From an uncultured Acidobacteriota bacterium (lineage in GTDB: Bacteria; Acidobacteriota; Terriglobia; Terriglobales; Acidobacteriaceae): a stretch of 64,000 nucleotides of DNA. The notes under the pieces were generated by a model. That model did no database searches and had not been told where the DNA came from. It saw only the letters and a list, made by a program, of their open reading frames with translations. Made by a program: the position numbers and the translations under genes. Position 1 is the stretch's first letter. Every line of letters starts with the position of its first letter. Location: positions 7,801-71,800 of the forward strand of contig CAVUQA010000015.1 of the NCBI GenBank assembly GCA_963743375.1, written 5' to 3'. Shown piece after piece: positions 18,905 through 29,268 of this stretch.

Positions 18905-19858
18905 ATGGACAATTCATACGAAACAAGTGCGCCCAACCCGACAGCTCCTCACCGATCATCGAGCATCGATTCACTCCAACGTGTATTCATAGGAGCCAAA
19001 GGCATTCGGTCCGGCTGGAGCGTCCTGCTATTCGCGGCAATCTATTTGATCTTGAACCGAGCGGTAACGGCAGTTCTCGGCAGGTTCGTCTCATTGGATT
19101 TCAGTGGCCCCGCACCACTGAGTCTGGGACTCCTTACTGAAGCCTGCCAGTTACTGGTTGTGGCCGCTGCTACTTGGGCGATGGCACGTATTGAGAATAG
19201 GCCCCTTCTTTCGTACGGCTACATCGATAATCGGAAGGTGATCCGGCTGGCCACTGGTGGACTCTTGGGATTCCTCTGCTTGTCTGTGCTGGTAGCGGTC
19301 TTGTGGAGGGCGAGGCTGCTTGTTTTTGATGGAGTGTCGCTGAGCGGCCTTTCAGCTTGGAACTACGCTGTCGCATGGGCATTCGTCTTCTTGCTGGTGG
19401 GTTTCTTCGAGGAATCGCTATTGCGTGGCTATGCCCAGCACACCCTTTCCCGCGGAATTGGGTTTTGGTGGGCGGCTTTGCTTCTCTCCTTAGTGTTTGC
19501 TCTAGGTCACCTTGGAAATGACGGCGAATCAATATTGGGGATTGTAGAAGTTGGTATTGCCGGCCTCGTTTTCTGCTTGAGCCTCTGGTACACAAAATCG
19601 CTCTGGTGGGCGGTCGGCTTCCACGCTGGATGGGACTGGGGCCAATCCTATTTCTATGGAACGCCCGACAGCGGCTTGGTAATTAAGGGTCACCTGCTGA
19701 CATCACATCCCACGGGTAATCCCCTGTGGAGCGGAGGAACCGTGGGCCCAGAGGGAAGCCCGCTGATCGTGCCGTTGGTGATCTTGGTGGGTATAGGAAT
19801 GTGGGCCTGGTGGGGTCGTAGGAACAATCTGCCAATAGGTAAGGAGAAGGTTCCATGA
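18905..19858 (+). CDS. CPBP family intramembrane glutamic endopeptidase
   Basis: Motifs FFEESLLRGY, LVFALGHL and FHAGWDW in a polytopic protein. The start is taken at MDNSYE (18905). Confidence 0.85.
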   Translation: MDNSYETSAPNPTAPHRSSSIDSLQRVFIGAKGIRSGWSVLLFAAIYLILNRAVTAVLGRFVSLDFSGPAPLSLGLLTEACQLLVVAAATWAMARIENRPLLSYGYIDNRKVIRLATGGLLGFLCLSVLVAVLWRARLLVFDGVSLSGLSAWNYAVAWAFVFLLVGFFEESLLRGYAQHTLSRGIGFWWAALLLSLVFALGHLGNDGESILGIVEVGIAGLVFCLSLWYTKSLWWAVGFHAGWDWGQSYFYGTPDSGLVIKGHLLTSHPTGNPLWSGGTVGPEGSPLIVPLVILVGIGMWAWWGRRNNLPIGKEKVP

Positions 19859-19968
19859 AACCGTGCTTTTTACTCAGACAAGTGCGAGTCCGATAACCGA
19901 CAGAGGCTTTCGACTGTGAAAAGGATCATCGCCGTTGTTTTGGCTGCTCTTCCCCTTTTTGTCTGTCC

Positions 19969-20370
19969 ATGAACCTTTTGTCGGGTAGTGTGGACGATGT
20001 TCTCTGTAGCGACAATCTCAAACCAACGGATATTCAGCCGATGAAAATTTCACCTGCCTCGATGTCCATTACGGACTGGTCCCAAGTTACGCTTTCGGAG
20101 CATTCCGGCAAGAAAGGACTGGTACGCTCGAGAAGCTGCACATTCGACGACATTCGTGTGCGAATGGTCGAGTACAGTCCCGGATATGTTGCCGATCAAT
20201 GGTGTTCCAAAGGACACGTCATTCTGTGTTTGAGTGGCTTTCTGGACATCGAAGTGAGAGACGGACCTCATCTCGTTCTTAAAACAGGGCAGTCCTACCA
20301 CGTTGGTGACGGTGACCCGCCCCACCGATCGTCGGCACCGGAGGGAGCCACCCTTTTCATAGTTGACTGA
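19969..20370 (+). CDS. cupin-fold protein (DHCW-motif-like)
   Basis: 133 aa: IRVRMVEYSPGYVADQWCSKGHVILCLSGFLDIEVRDGPHLVLKTGQSYHVGDGDPPHRS. The start may be the internal MKISPA. Confidence 0.7.
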   Translation: MNLLSGSVDDVLCSDNLKPTDIQPMKISPASMSITDWSQVTLSEHSGKKGLVRSRSCTFDDIRVRMVEYSPGYVADQWCSKGHVILCLSGFLDIEVRDGPHLVLKTGQSYHVGDGDPPHRSSAPEGATLFIVD

Positions 20371-20535
20371 CGCGCCTGGTGCCATGAATCTCATCGAAAG
20401 GGGCAAAAGTGGTGATTTTATCGGGAGCAATCTGCAGAGGGGTCTGAGTAACTGAAGACTGGGAGTTGTAATTTTCGTTGCGTCGCTGGTCACTTTGTGT
20501 GGGCTGTAGTATTTCTTATTTGCAAACAGGCTACC

Positions 20536-20820
20536 GCCGCCCGTTCTTGAGAGCCATTTCCGATACAGGCGACAACCGGCACGATGCCAGCTTACGACCG
20601 CTCTGGGCGTGACCAGAACCAGAGGTTCTCTCCATCCCAAAGCCTTCGCAGCACGACCCAGAATAGCTTGTGCAACCGTGTGAACCGATGGCGAGGACGT
20701 TTGGCGTCCTGAGCTAGCAACCGCTGACGGAGGGCGAGATTTTCCAGGACAAGGTTCTCGCGAGAACCTAAATGCGCTTGTCATCCAGCCAAGAAGATGC
20801 CGGATCATCCCCAGGATCAT
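20536..20820 (-). mobile_element. transposase/integrase (rve-type IS) N-terminal stub, frameshifted and truncated
   Basis: Pieced from two frames: MILGMIRHLLGWMTSAFRFSRENLVLENLALRQRLLAQDAKRPRHRFTRLHKLFWVVLRRLWDG..LVLVTPRAVVSWHRAGCRLYRKWLSR. This resembles the leader region of IS transposases with ENLALRQQL / WHRxGFRLYWRW blocks. No catalytic domain or terminal repeats were found. Confidence 0.55.
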
Positions 20821-20863
20821 GGCGACAGTTTATCTAATAGTCGCGAACCACCGCAGGTCCAAC

Positions 20864-21451
20864 TTATTCATTCTCGTGGTGCACGAAGTTTTGACGAGGC
20901 GCAGGATTCCGGTCGCGAATAAACAGCTTCGTTGGTCGTCCCTTGTATGTCGCGAGTTGCGATTCACGATATCCGCACTTTACCGCAACACGAATGGAGG
21001 AAAGGTTCTCAGGCGCGATGATGCAAGCGGTCTGCGCGGATGGGACGTGTTCGTCACCCCAGGCAACTACCGCGCGAACCGCTTCCGTTGCGAAGCCTCT
21101 GCCCTGCGCTTGTGAGACCAAAGCCCACCCGATTTCCGGCAAGCCCTTGAGGGACGGTTGCAGGGAGCGTTTGTAGTCAGCGAAACCAACCTCTCCGACA
21201 AAATTGCCCGTTGCTTTGTCCTCAGCTACCCAGTAACCAAAACCGAGCAACAACCAGTGCCCAAAATAACGCAGAAACCTCGCCCAAGATTCCTCCTCGG
21301 TGTGCGGTTTCCCGCCGATGTGCCGAGTCACGTTGGGGTCGGCCCACATCGCGGCGGAATGGAGGAAGTCGACAATGGCATGGCCGCGGAGTCGGAGGCG
21401 CTCTGTTTCAACGGTCGGCACCGCTACTGTGGGCTGGAATGAGCTTGGCAT
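20864..21451 (-). CDS. GNAT family N-acetyltransferase (RimJ/RimL-like)
   Basis: 195 aa with VETERLRLRGHAIVDF near the N-terminus and motif A WALVSQAQGRGFATEAVRAVVAWG. Confidence 0.85.
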   Translation of the reverse strand: MPSSFQPTVAVPTVETERLRLRGHAIVDFLHSAAMWADPNVTRHIGGKPHTEEESWARFLRYFGHWLLLGFGYWVAEDKATGNFVGEVGFADYKRSLQPSLKGLPEIGWALVSQAQGRGFATEAVRAVVAWGDEHVPSAQTACIIAPENLSSIRVAVKCGYRESQLATYKGRPTKLFIRDRNPAPRQNFVHHENE

Positions 21452-21749
21452 TGGAGGATTTTACCCATGTGTATACCTTCCTTGCTCTGCACACCAAACG
21501 ACCTCGCGATCGATTGACAGATCTGCACAAGCTGTTCTAAGCGGCCAAGAGAGAAAATAGCATCCTTATTTGTCTTTTCGTTCATGTCTTGTTTGCAGGG
21601 CACTGGAGGACACGAATCGGTGTTTCCCCCCGTGGGTTGTGATCGCTGTAGCAGTGCCAAATTCAAGCTGACGCACTTTGAACAGGTCCATTTGAATGCA
21701 CCCACCCTATAAACTGATGTTTTCATTTTCACAGGACATACGCCAAACA

Positions 21750-22757
21750 CTATTTCCAAACGTTACGCGCGACCCGAATTAGGTTGTCGCCCATCACAGC
21801 GGCTAGCTCGTCGGCTGAATAGCCTCGTAGCACGAGATCGGCTGCAATCTCATCAGTGATTTTGGGGCCGGCGAAGAATAGCGGTCCCATGGGCGAAGCA
21901 AGCTGTGGCCATTTGGCGACGACTGTCGATGCATCCGCGCTGCCAATGAGAAAATCAAGGCCGATCCCGACGTGTCGATGCCCGACCATCTGCGCGACAT
22001 AATCAATGTGCTCGCCGATGATCGATGGCGAAGAGCTCACATCGCCGAGGAACCAGTTTACACCGTTGATCCCGACCACACCTCCCGTAGCCGCGCAGGC
22101 ACGTATCTGCTCATCGTCGATGTTCCGAAAATGTGGCCATACCGTACTCGGATTCGAATGCGAGAAAATCACCGGCGCCAACGACATCTCCATGATCTCG
22201 AGGGTCGAGCGTTTGCCAACATGACTGCAATCGATGACCACGCCGGCACCGTTCATCGAGCGTACGATATCTTGCCCCATCGCGGTGAGCCCGGTATCGT
22301 TATCAGCACACCCTCCGGCAAGAGCGTTATTGCTGTTGTAAGCAAGCAGCATCCAGCCGACCCCCTTCTCCCGCAACGAAAAAACGAGGTCAGGCAAGCC
22401 TGCAAGTTGACCGATCCCCTCGATGTCGAACCCAATTGCTAGGCGTCCTGTGTCTCTGGCATTCTCGATGTCGGTAGCAGTGTGAGCAAGGAGATACGCA
22501 TTGCTTCGGGCTGCGATCTGGTTGCTGAACGATTCCAGTATGCGTAGAGTCTCATCAACAGGAGTGAAATCCATTCCGATATTGATACTGACGAAGCAGA
22601 AGCCTTCTGCTCGATATAAGTCGAGAGTGGTGAGATCTACATCCAGAGACAGCGGAAGGCAGCCGTGGAAGTCACATCGCGCAGAACGCGCCTTCAAACC
22701 GTAGGAAGTGCAATCGATAGATCCATTTCGAATGCGACCTGGCATCGCCTTATTCAT
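21750..22757 (-). CDS. membrane dipeptidase (peptidase M19 family)
   Basis: 335 aa with blocks VIDCSHVGKRSTLEIMEMSLAPVIFSHSNP, GGVVGINGV and HVGIGLDF, typical of renal-dipeptidase-like TIM-barrel hydrolases. Confidence 0.8.
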   Translation of the reverse strand: MNKAMPGRIRNGSIDCTSYGLKARSARCDFHGCLPLSLDVDLTTLDLYRAEGFCFVSINIGMDFTPVDETLRILESFSNQIAARSNAYLLAHTATDIENARDTGRLAIGFDIEGIGQLAGLPDLVFSLREKGVGWMLLAYNSNNALAGGCADNDTGLTAMGQDIVRSMNGAGVVIDCSHVGKRSTLEIMEMSLAPVIFSHSNPSTVWPHFRNIDDEQIRACAATGGVVGINGVNWFLGDVSSSPSIIGEHIDYVAQMVGHRHVGIGLDFLIGSADASTVVAKWPQLASPMGPLFFAGPKITDEIAADLVLRGYSADELAAVMGDNLIRVARNVWK

Positions 22758-23101
22758 CAGGCTGACAATCCCTCAAACCGAAATATGACCACCCTCTCTC
22801 CCATAAACGATGCCACGTCGTGGCTTAGTCTTCTTCCCTTTAAGTTTCCAGCAGATGCAAGCCACAAACTTGCCTGATTGCTGGGTTCTGTTGCCTCCAT
22901 CGATCTGCGCGAGATTGATCGAGGCTCGCCTCCTGAACTTCGAAGCTGTACCCGGCGATTGGGACGAGTACGTAACAGCGTGTCCCATCAAAACCAGACA
23001 GGCAGAGCCGAGACGACTGCGGGGGAGAAAACGCAGGACGTCGGACACATCCGTCATCGCCAGTTGTGGATGCTGAATCGCGCCCCGGCAACATGTACCA
23101 A

Positions 23102-24568
23102 TCATTCCGCTATATCCCCCTTTATTGGCAGCCGCGCATCCGCGCAAGGTTGGCCGTTCTGTCGCCGTGTCGATGAGGCTTTAATACAAAGGAAATAGAC
23201 TGGGACACCGCTGGCTACTAGTCCAACACCTATCAAGGCACCTGTGGGTCGCTCGATGAACCTACTAAGTATCAAGCCCATCGCCGCAACGCAGAAGAGC
23301 AAGGGGAGCCACGGATATCCGGGGACACAAAAGGAACGTTTCAATTGCGGCTCGGTGCGCCTTAGCACCAAGATGGCCGCAACTGCCAGCCCGTAAAAAA
23401 TCCATGCGGTGAAAATAACGTCTGTGAAAAGTTGTTCGTAGCTGCCTGAAGCAGCCAACACGGCTGCCCAAACGCCTTGGATGATCAAGGCCAGGATCGG
23501 AGTCCGGCAGCGACCATTGATCTGTCCGAAAATATGAGGAAATATGCCTTGGTGCGCCATTGCATAGTACACTCGGGGCCCGGTGAGGATCATCCCGTTC
23601 ATGGAACCTAAGATCGAAACTAGTATCAATAAAGAAATCGCAGTCGTGGCAATTGGGCCGAGGAGCTTTCCCACTGCCAAGGCCGCGACGGCATCGCTGC
23701 CTCGAATCTCGGTGGCAGATAGTACATGGTAGTAGCCCAAGTTGGCAGCCACGAACACAAGCATCACGATCGCGCTGCCGCAAAAGAGACTTCGCGGTAA
23801 ATCCAGTTGTGGCCTTTTCATCTCTCCGGCAACAAACGATACGACATGCCAGGCCTCATAGGCCCACAGCACGGCAACGAGCGCAATACCAAATGCCGCG
23901 AAAGAAAAAGCGTGGCCACCAGTTGCACTCCCTTCGAAGAGGTGGATGGGACGAGAACCTTTGAACATTAGCAGAAGGATGATTCCAGCTAGCCCGCTGA
24001 CCTTGGCAACGGCAATGAGATTCTGCACGAGCTTTCCGCCGCGAATTCCCAGGCAACTGATTATGGTGAGTGCCAGAATTCCCACAACGCTTGATACCTT
24101 CACCTCGACACTATTTAACGGGAAGACCTGTGCGAGGTATAGCCCAAAAGCAACCGCAAGCGCCGCAATGCTCCCGGAATGGATCATGAGCAGCAGAGCC
24201 CAGGCATACAGGAAGGCAGGCAGCGGCCCGTAGACGTGCCGCAAATAAGTGCAGAGGCCGCCGGTACCAGGGAAAATTGAGCCGAGTTCGGCCAATGACA
24301 AGGCACCGAATAAAGTGAGGATTCCTCCAACCACCCATACGAGCAAAACGGCGCCGAGGGAGTTCAGCTGGGCGGCAATGGAACGTGGGATGAGGAAAAT
24401 CCCCGAGCCAATTATGGTCCCGACCACAATAGCTACGGCATCAAAGAGATTCAACTCTTTGCGCAAGATGGGCGGACAAGCAGCAGCGTCTCCCGCTTCT
24501 GACGCGAGATCTCCTTTGGACTGACGCTCACGCCGGTTTAACCATTCGCTCTGCTCGGACTCGGTCAT
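23102..24568 (-). CDS. APC superfamily amino acid permease
   Basis: 488 aa with about 12 TM helices and the N-terminal block LNLFDAVAIVVGTIIGSGIFLIP. Confidence 0.9.
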   Translation of the reverse strand: MTESEQSEWLNRRERQSKGDLASEAGDAAACPPILRKELNLFDAVAIVVGTIIGSGIFLIPRSIAAQLNSLGAVLLVWVVGGILTLFGALSLAELGSIFPGTGGLCTYLRHVYGPLPAFLYAWALLLMIHSGSIAALAVAFGLYLAQVFPLNSVEVKVSSVVGILALTIISCLGIRGGKLVQNLIAVAKVSGLAGIILLLMFKGSRPIHLFEGSATGGHAFSFAAFGIALVAVLWAYEAWHVVSFVAGEMKRPQLDLPRSLFCGSAIVMLVFVAANLGYYHVLSATEIRGSDAVAALAVGKLLGPIATTAISLLILVSILGSMNGMILTGPRVYYAMAHQGIFPHIFGQINGRCRTPILALIIQGVWAAVLAASGSYEQLFTDVIFTAWIFYGLAVAAILVLRRTEPQLKRSFCVPGYPWLPLLFCVAAMGLILSRFIERPTGALIGVGLVASGVPVYFLCIKASSTRRQNGQPCADARLPIKGDIAE

Positions 24569-24615
24569 CCTTCCTCTTCTATCGCTCTAATTACGGCAAA
24601 GAGATCAAAACTCGA

Positions 24616-25083
24616 TCAGAGACTCTTACGGAATTCCTTCTGAGTCTTAACGTGCGCATATCCGTTCTTTGTATAGAATCGATGCGCACGTCCCCGCGTA
24701 ACGTTCGAATGTACGGCAATGACATCGAAGCCAATGCTCCGCGCCCATTCTTCGGCAGCACCGAGTAATATCCTTCCAATTCCGCGAGAGCGGAAACGTT
24801 CGTCTACAACCAGGCCGTTAATCTCCACACAACTGCCTGTTTCGATGCTCCGGAACAGATAAGCTCCGATCCAGCCCGCAATTTGGCCTTCGGGAAGGTG
24901 AGCAACAAAAACGGCGTATTGGTTCGAGTCCTGCATATCCCTGAGCCGCTTCCGAACTTCTTCCCCTGTACATTCGTACCCCAGCTGTACTGCAAGGGCT
25001 GCCATCGCTTCGCAATCGCACGGCTGAGCGGGACGAACGGCACACGTAGATTGCACAGACACGACATTGAGTTGTTGTTCCAT
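24616..25083 (-). CDS. GNAT family N-acetyltransferase
   Basis: 155 aa with motif A VVDERFRSRGIGRILLGAAEEWA and motif B RAHRFYTKNGY. Confidence 0.9.
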   Translation of the reverse strand: MEQQLNVVSVQSTCAVRPAQPCDCEAMAALAVQLGYECTGEEVRKRLRDMQDSNQYAVFVAHLPEGQIAGWIGAYLFRSIETGSCVEINGLVVDERFRSRGIGRILLGAAEEWARSIGFDVIAVHSNVTRGRAHRFYTKNGYAHVKTQKEFRKSL

Positions 25084-25207
25084 CCGTCGAAGTTGCTCCG
25101 ATTCGGTACTCGACGAAACGATCGCGGCATCCTCAACCGCATATGCCCCGACTTGGGGACTGATGCGTCCGCCGACGGCTTAGCACGCGTGGCTTTAGAT
25201 AGCTACT

Positions 25208-27295
25208 TCAGAGCGAGAACCGCGGGTCGCCCTCAAGAATCTGCAACTCCAGCTTCGGCCTCTCCCCTTTGTGCCACAGAGCGGCTCGATGTCTCGTGCG
25301 ATACAGGAGAGGGCCTCCGTCGGCCCTCTCACTGCGTTCGATGGGGCGGGGGATACAAACAAACTCTGTTTCGAAGCTACTGCTCGTAACGTGGACGACC
25401 GCATACCCGTGGCCACCCATGTCGACAAAGGAAACATGCGGCGACAGATCCGGGTTCGACAACGCGCGCGCCTTCTGCAGGTCTCCGCTCTTTACATATT
25501 CCAGGGATGACCGGACACCGTGTTTCAGCAATAAATTCATAGTTGGCTGAGGCCGCGCATCTCCCGGTCCCTGGCCGACAAAGATGGATCGTAACGGATG
25601 CTCTTTCGGAAAGCCATGTTCAAGCGCTTCCACCATTCCGGGCGCAGAGATGGAACCGGTAACGAAAGCGATGCCAACCGGCTCGAAGGTCCTTGGGGGG
25701 AGAGCCTTGGCGGCGAGACCAGCCCAAAAACTGTGCCGGTCACCCGCTACGGTCGCAAAACCAGTAATTCCATTGTCGCGAACGAAATCATAGATTTCGC
25801 CGCGCTCGACATAGGCGGTGCTGTGATCCCCAGCACCAAAGCCGGCTTCGAAACCCGCGTATCCCGCACCTGGCCAAGCCGCAGTCAACCCCGGGGGCAA
25901 ATTCTGCGGGTCGGCTCGCATGTCGAGCGTGGCAACCGTATCTCCCCAGATTTTCCATGTCGCTTTCGAGTTCTGCAAACGATCGAGGAACCATGCTTTC
26001 TGTTCCGCGCCGAGCAGGTTGGTTGGCGGTTGATCTTTACGAAAATTCGCAATTTCGGTCTTGCCGTACTTGATCGTTGCCGGTGGATGACCATTGTTAT
26101 AGGCGCGTCCGGCATCGAAAATGTCGAGGACCTCCTGCGGAACGAATCCGGGAAAGTCGTCGCTCATAAAAGCCTGGGCTTCCACTCGATAAGTGGGCTC
26201 CTCGGATCGATAGCTGCGCTGATCGGTGATGATGAGTTCCATGTTCCGACCCCAGCGGAGTGTTCGGTATCCCCTGAGGCTGTGAATCGCGGTCAGATTA
26301 TTGGGTTCTTGACCGAGACCGTTCTCGTCAAAATTCTTAATCGGTGCATTCACGACTTGCGGCGGATCAAACCGATCTAGCGATGGGCCGCTCGGTTTGT
26401 ATAACCGTGCTGGTTGATATTCGAAAAATGCTTGATTGGCCGCCACTTTTCGCGTCTGCGCAGGACGATTCACTCCTCCAAATTGTTGCAGGCTTTGCCA
26501 GCCGATCCAGCTGAACTCATGGTTGTCCCACATGCAGACAAACGGCCAACGTGCGCGCGCGTCCTGCAGATCGGGGTCGTGTAGGTAGTTACGGTAGATG
26601 GCTCGGTAGTCCCCGACATCTGTCGGAATATGAAAATCGCCGATCTTCTCGCCGTGTTCGTAGCGAACGATGTCGCGCAGACGACGGTCGTACATGCCCT
26701 GCGGCCGGTCTTCGGGGTACCAGACGATTTCGTAGATAAAGTCACCTAAGTGGAACACGAAGCCGAGACGATCTTCTCCCGCCGCGCGCTCATCTTCGAA
26801 GATCATTCTCCGGTATGCATTCTGGGCTCCCTGGTTCGCGTTCTGGCAACAGACGAAGGCAAACCGCACCGGTCTGCTGTCGTCATCGGTCGGCGCTGTG
26901 ATTGTCCTGCCCACGCGGCTACCGTGACCACTCGCATCGGTAAAGCGGTACCAGTAAATGCGACCCGGCTTCAATCCACCAGCCAACACTCGACACGTCC
27001 AGTCCGAGGCTTCCGAGATAGGCGCCTCTGCACTGGCCACGACTCGAGTGAAAGATTCATCCTCGGCGATCTCCATGTGCAACCTGTCCGCGACACCGCC
27101 ATCTGTTGGGGGACGACGAGTCCATAGTAGAACGCTGTCGCTTTCTGGATCGCCTGATGCAACTCCCTCGGGATAGAAATCGCGGCGCTCGTGCCATGCA
27201 ATGTCGGATCGAGTCGCAGATCGTTGCCCCCAAGCTGCGGTCGCACCCAAAGCGGTTGCCATTTGAATAAACGACCGTCTGGTAATCGTGGTCAT
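25208..27295 (-). CDS. phoD: alkaline phosphatase D (PhoD) family, Tat-exported
   Basis: Twin-arginine signal MTTITRRSFIQMATALGATAAWG, PhoD N-domain GVASGDPESDSVLLWTRR, and metallophosphatase blocks FVFHLGDFIYE and CMWDNHEF. Confidence 0.92.
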   Translation of the reverse strand: MTTITRRSFIQMATALGATAAWGQRSATRSDIAWHERRDFYPEGVASGDPESDSVLLWTRRPPTDGGVADRLHMEIAEDESFTRVVASAEAPISEASDWTCRVLAGGLKPGRIYWYRFTDASGHGSRVGRTITAPTDDDSRPVRFAFVCCQNANQGAQNAYRRMIFEDERAAGEDRLGFVFHLGDFIYEIVWYPEDRPQGMYDRRLRDIVRYEHGEKIGDFHIPTDVGDYRAIYRNYLHDPDLQDARARWPFVCMWDNHEFSWIGWQSLQQFGGVNRPAQTRKVAANQAFFEYQPARLYKPSGPSLDRFDPPQVVNAPIKNFDENGLGQEPNNLTAIHSLRGYRTLRWGRNMELIITDQRSYRSEEPTYRVEAQAFMSDDFPGFVPQEVLDIFDAGRAYNNGHPPATIKYGKTEIANFRKDQPPTNLLGAEQKAWFLDRLQNSKATWKIWGDTVATLDMRADPQNLPPGLTAAWPGAGYAGFEAGFGAGDHSTAYVERGEIYDFVRDNGITGFATVAGDRHSFWAGLAAKALPPRTFEPVGIAFVTGSISAPGMVEALEHGFPKEHPLRSIFVGQGPGDARPQPTMNLLLKHGVRSSLEYVKSGDLQKARALSNPDLSPHVSFVDMGGHGYAVVHVTSSSFETEFVCIPRPIERSERADGGPLLYRTRHRAALWHKGERPKLELQILEGDPRFSL

Positions 27296-27670
27296 TGTTT
27301 CACTCTCAAGACGGCGGCAGTGTGTTAAAGAAAATCTTTACTTTCTCCGAACAAGCAGCCTTGGAAGCCAGCCCACGGTCTTGCAGCAAGGATGAATCAC
27401 AACGCCAACATTGTCTTGAACCTATTTGACTAAATCCCTGGAGAGATTACTGCATGTTTCATAAATACCTGAGGATATCGTGTGGCTCTGGCACTGGCCC
27501 GCCGAAGGCATTCGAACGTGCACAATCTGACGCTGACCGTCTGGATGAAAGCATTCCACGATACTTCTTTTGGTATGCGTCTGCACATCGTTTTAGTAAA
27601 CAGGTCAACCTCAGCGAAATAGAGGTCGCGCATGGATACTCTCCACGGCCATTAAACCATTAAATCGGAA

Positions 27671-27886
27671 TTGTCCCGATGGGCGGCGGTCGCCACTAAG
27701 AACTCAGCGGAAGAGGGACGTGATTCGCTGGGGCAAGCGAAGCAGAATCTCACGCAATTGTTTCGCGGATGTCACGATCCGGTTGAGGCTTTGATTGAGG
27801 CCACCGACGAGTCTGCAATTCTACGGAATGACATTACGACATTCAGCAGCCGTGAGCGGCTAGTTAGGCGCCGAAGTTGGCCTTAA
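27671..27886 (+). pseudogene. FAD-dependent monooxygenase internal/C-terminal fragment
   Basis: ..WAAVATKNSAEEGRDSLGQAKQNLTQLFRGCHDPVEALIEATDESAILRNDI.. matches the post-FAD-domain region of salicylate-hydroxylase-type monooxygenases. A possible further piece (..YFFWYAS..) lies in ORF 27454-27663. The GxGxxG and DG/GD motifs are missing. Confidence 0.55.
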
Positions 27887-28466
27887 GCATGTTGCAGAAC
27901 AGTCGTCCTTGCTCGATGGCATCGTCGAGCGCCACATGCGTATGAGGCACGGGATCGAACCACTCCGGGGGCATCGACTGCTTGCCGCACGCTCGATATG
28001 GTTTGCGCAGCAACGCCATCGCGTAGGTCTTGATATCAATTGCCGAATAGCCGAATGGGTTCTCGCCCGCGAACTCGGTGAGATACCAATAGACGAAAGA
28101 AAAATCGAAAGCGGCCGGGTAGCCGACAAACACAGGCCGTCCGCCAAACGCCTTGAGCCAGGCAACGTAGCGCTTCAGGGCAACGGCAGGCGCTTCGAGA
28201 TTTTGCCGGCAGGCCGACCATGCCTCCGGCTGTGTGGCCCACCATGCGGCGGTCTTGGGATCCGGGGCCGATGCGGGCAGCGTTTCCAAGTTGGCGGAGA
28301 ACGTCCCCAGCAGCTCTTTGTCGGCCAGATAGGCTGCCGATCCAATGCTCAGGAGGGAATGTTTTCCCGCGACCGGTCCGTCGGTTTCTATATCCGTGCT
28401 GACGTAGATCTCACGCAATGGTGATTCGCTCATGGTTTGCGGTGACAGATTCGGGCCGACAATCAT
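27864..28466 (-). CDS. DEDDh-type 3'-5' exonuclease
   Basis: 200 aa with Exo[12 protein letters not shown], and a C-terminal H-x-x-x-x-D in [10 protein letters not shown]. Confidence 0.8.
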   Translation of the reverse strand: MIVGPNLSPQTMSESPLREIYVSTDIETDGPVAGKHSLLSIGSAAYLADKELLGTFSANLETLPASAPDPKTAAWWATQPEAWSACRQNLEAPAVALKRYVAWLKAFGGRPVFVGYPAAFDFSFVYWYLTEFAGENPFGYSAIDIKTYAMALLRKPYRACGKQSMPPEWFDPVPHTHVALDDAIEQGRLFCNMLKANFGA

Positions 28467-28477
28467 GTAAGGTCTTT

Positions 28478-28993
28478 CTAGGCTGAATACTTGCGCACCA
28501 CTAAGGAGATCGGCAACCCGACCATGAACATGTGTACGGCGACATCCCTGATAAGTCCCGTCATTGTTGGAAGCGCAATTTTCGTGTGATAGGCGGAGAG
28601 GGGCAGCACGATGTAATACATAAAGAGGTAGACCGCAACTCCGTAGAGCAGTCCCGATGGGATGGCGTTCTGTACCAGGAATTTCAACTTGCGGCTTGCC
28701 AAGTAGAAAACTGCCGCAGCCGTAGTGGCAATTAGAAAATGAAAAAAAGCTCCCAGAGCTGCAGTTGCTAGTCCTCCTCGAAAAGAAGACATTCCTAACA
28801 GTCCACCAGCGATGCCCTGGAGGAGAGAGACAGGGCCGATTCCCTCCTGACCAGCTTCAAGAAATGCGGCGGTTATATCGAGAGACCCTGCCAGCAAGCC
28901 GGCCCACCCAATCGCGTGGTAAGCCCGCGCGTATTGCGGCAGAGGCGAAGACGAAAATGCCGTCATCAAGTGCTCCATACCATGTAGCCTCAC
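28478..28993 (-). CDS. conserved 4-TM membrane protein (paralog of 57882-58370)
   Basis: 171 aa. Blocks ..LDITAAF.., [32 protein letters not shown] and [20 protein letters not shown] align colinearly with the protein at 57882-58370. Confidence 0.7.
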   Translation of the reverse strand: MRLHGMEHLMTAFSSSPLPQYARAYHAIGWAGLLAGSLDITAAFLEAGQEGIGPVSLLQGIAGGLLGMSSFRGGLATAALGAFFHFLIATTAAAVFYLASRKLKFLVQNAIPSGLLYGVAVYLFMYYIVLPLSAYHTKIALPTMTGLIRDVAVHMFMVGLPISLVVRKYSA

Positions 28994-29268
28994 TGCTGCG
29001 CAACTTGTCTAACAAACGCTACAGTGCGCAGTGACCTCTCCTGCTCCACATAGATCCGTAACACGTTGTCACTACACAGTCGCGCCCCAAGCAGTCACTT
29101 GCAGTTGTTTTTCTCCTGATGCGCCGCAAGAGTTGGCAACTTAAAAACCGAGAACCACCTTCGAATAAAAAGGATGAAACCATTCTGCCACCGCTGTCTT
29201 GAACGCATTTGACTTGACCAAGCTGGTGCACAACGCGCTATCCTAATCGCTGGGTGGTCGTCTAACTA

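Noticed and set aside
20050-20820. 256-aa minus-strand ORF treated as one gene
   Set aside because: It is chimeric. Its 3' part runs antisense through the cupin gene, and only the first 95 or so codons (with frame changes) resemble a transposase leader.
25598-26380. 260-aa + strand ORF
   Set aside because: It is antisense to the PhoD gene and no domain was recognised.
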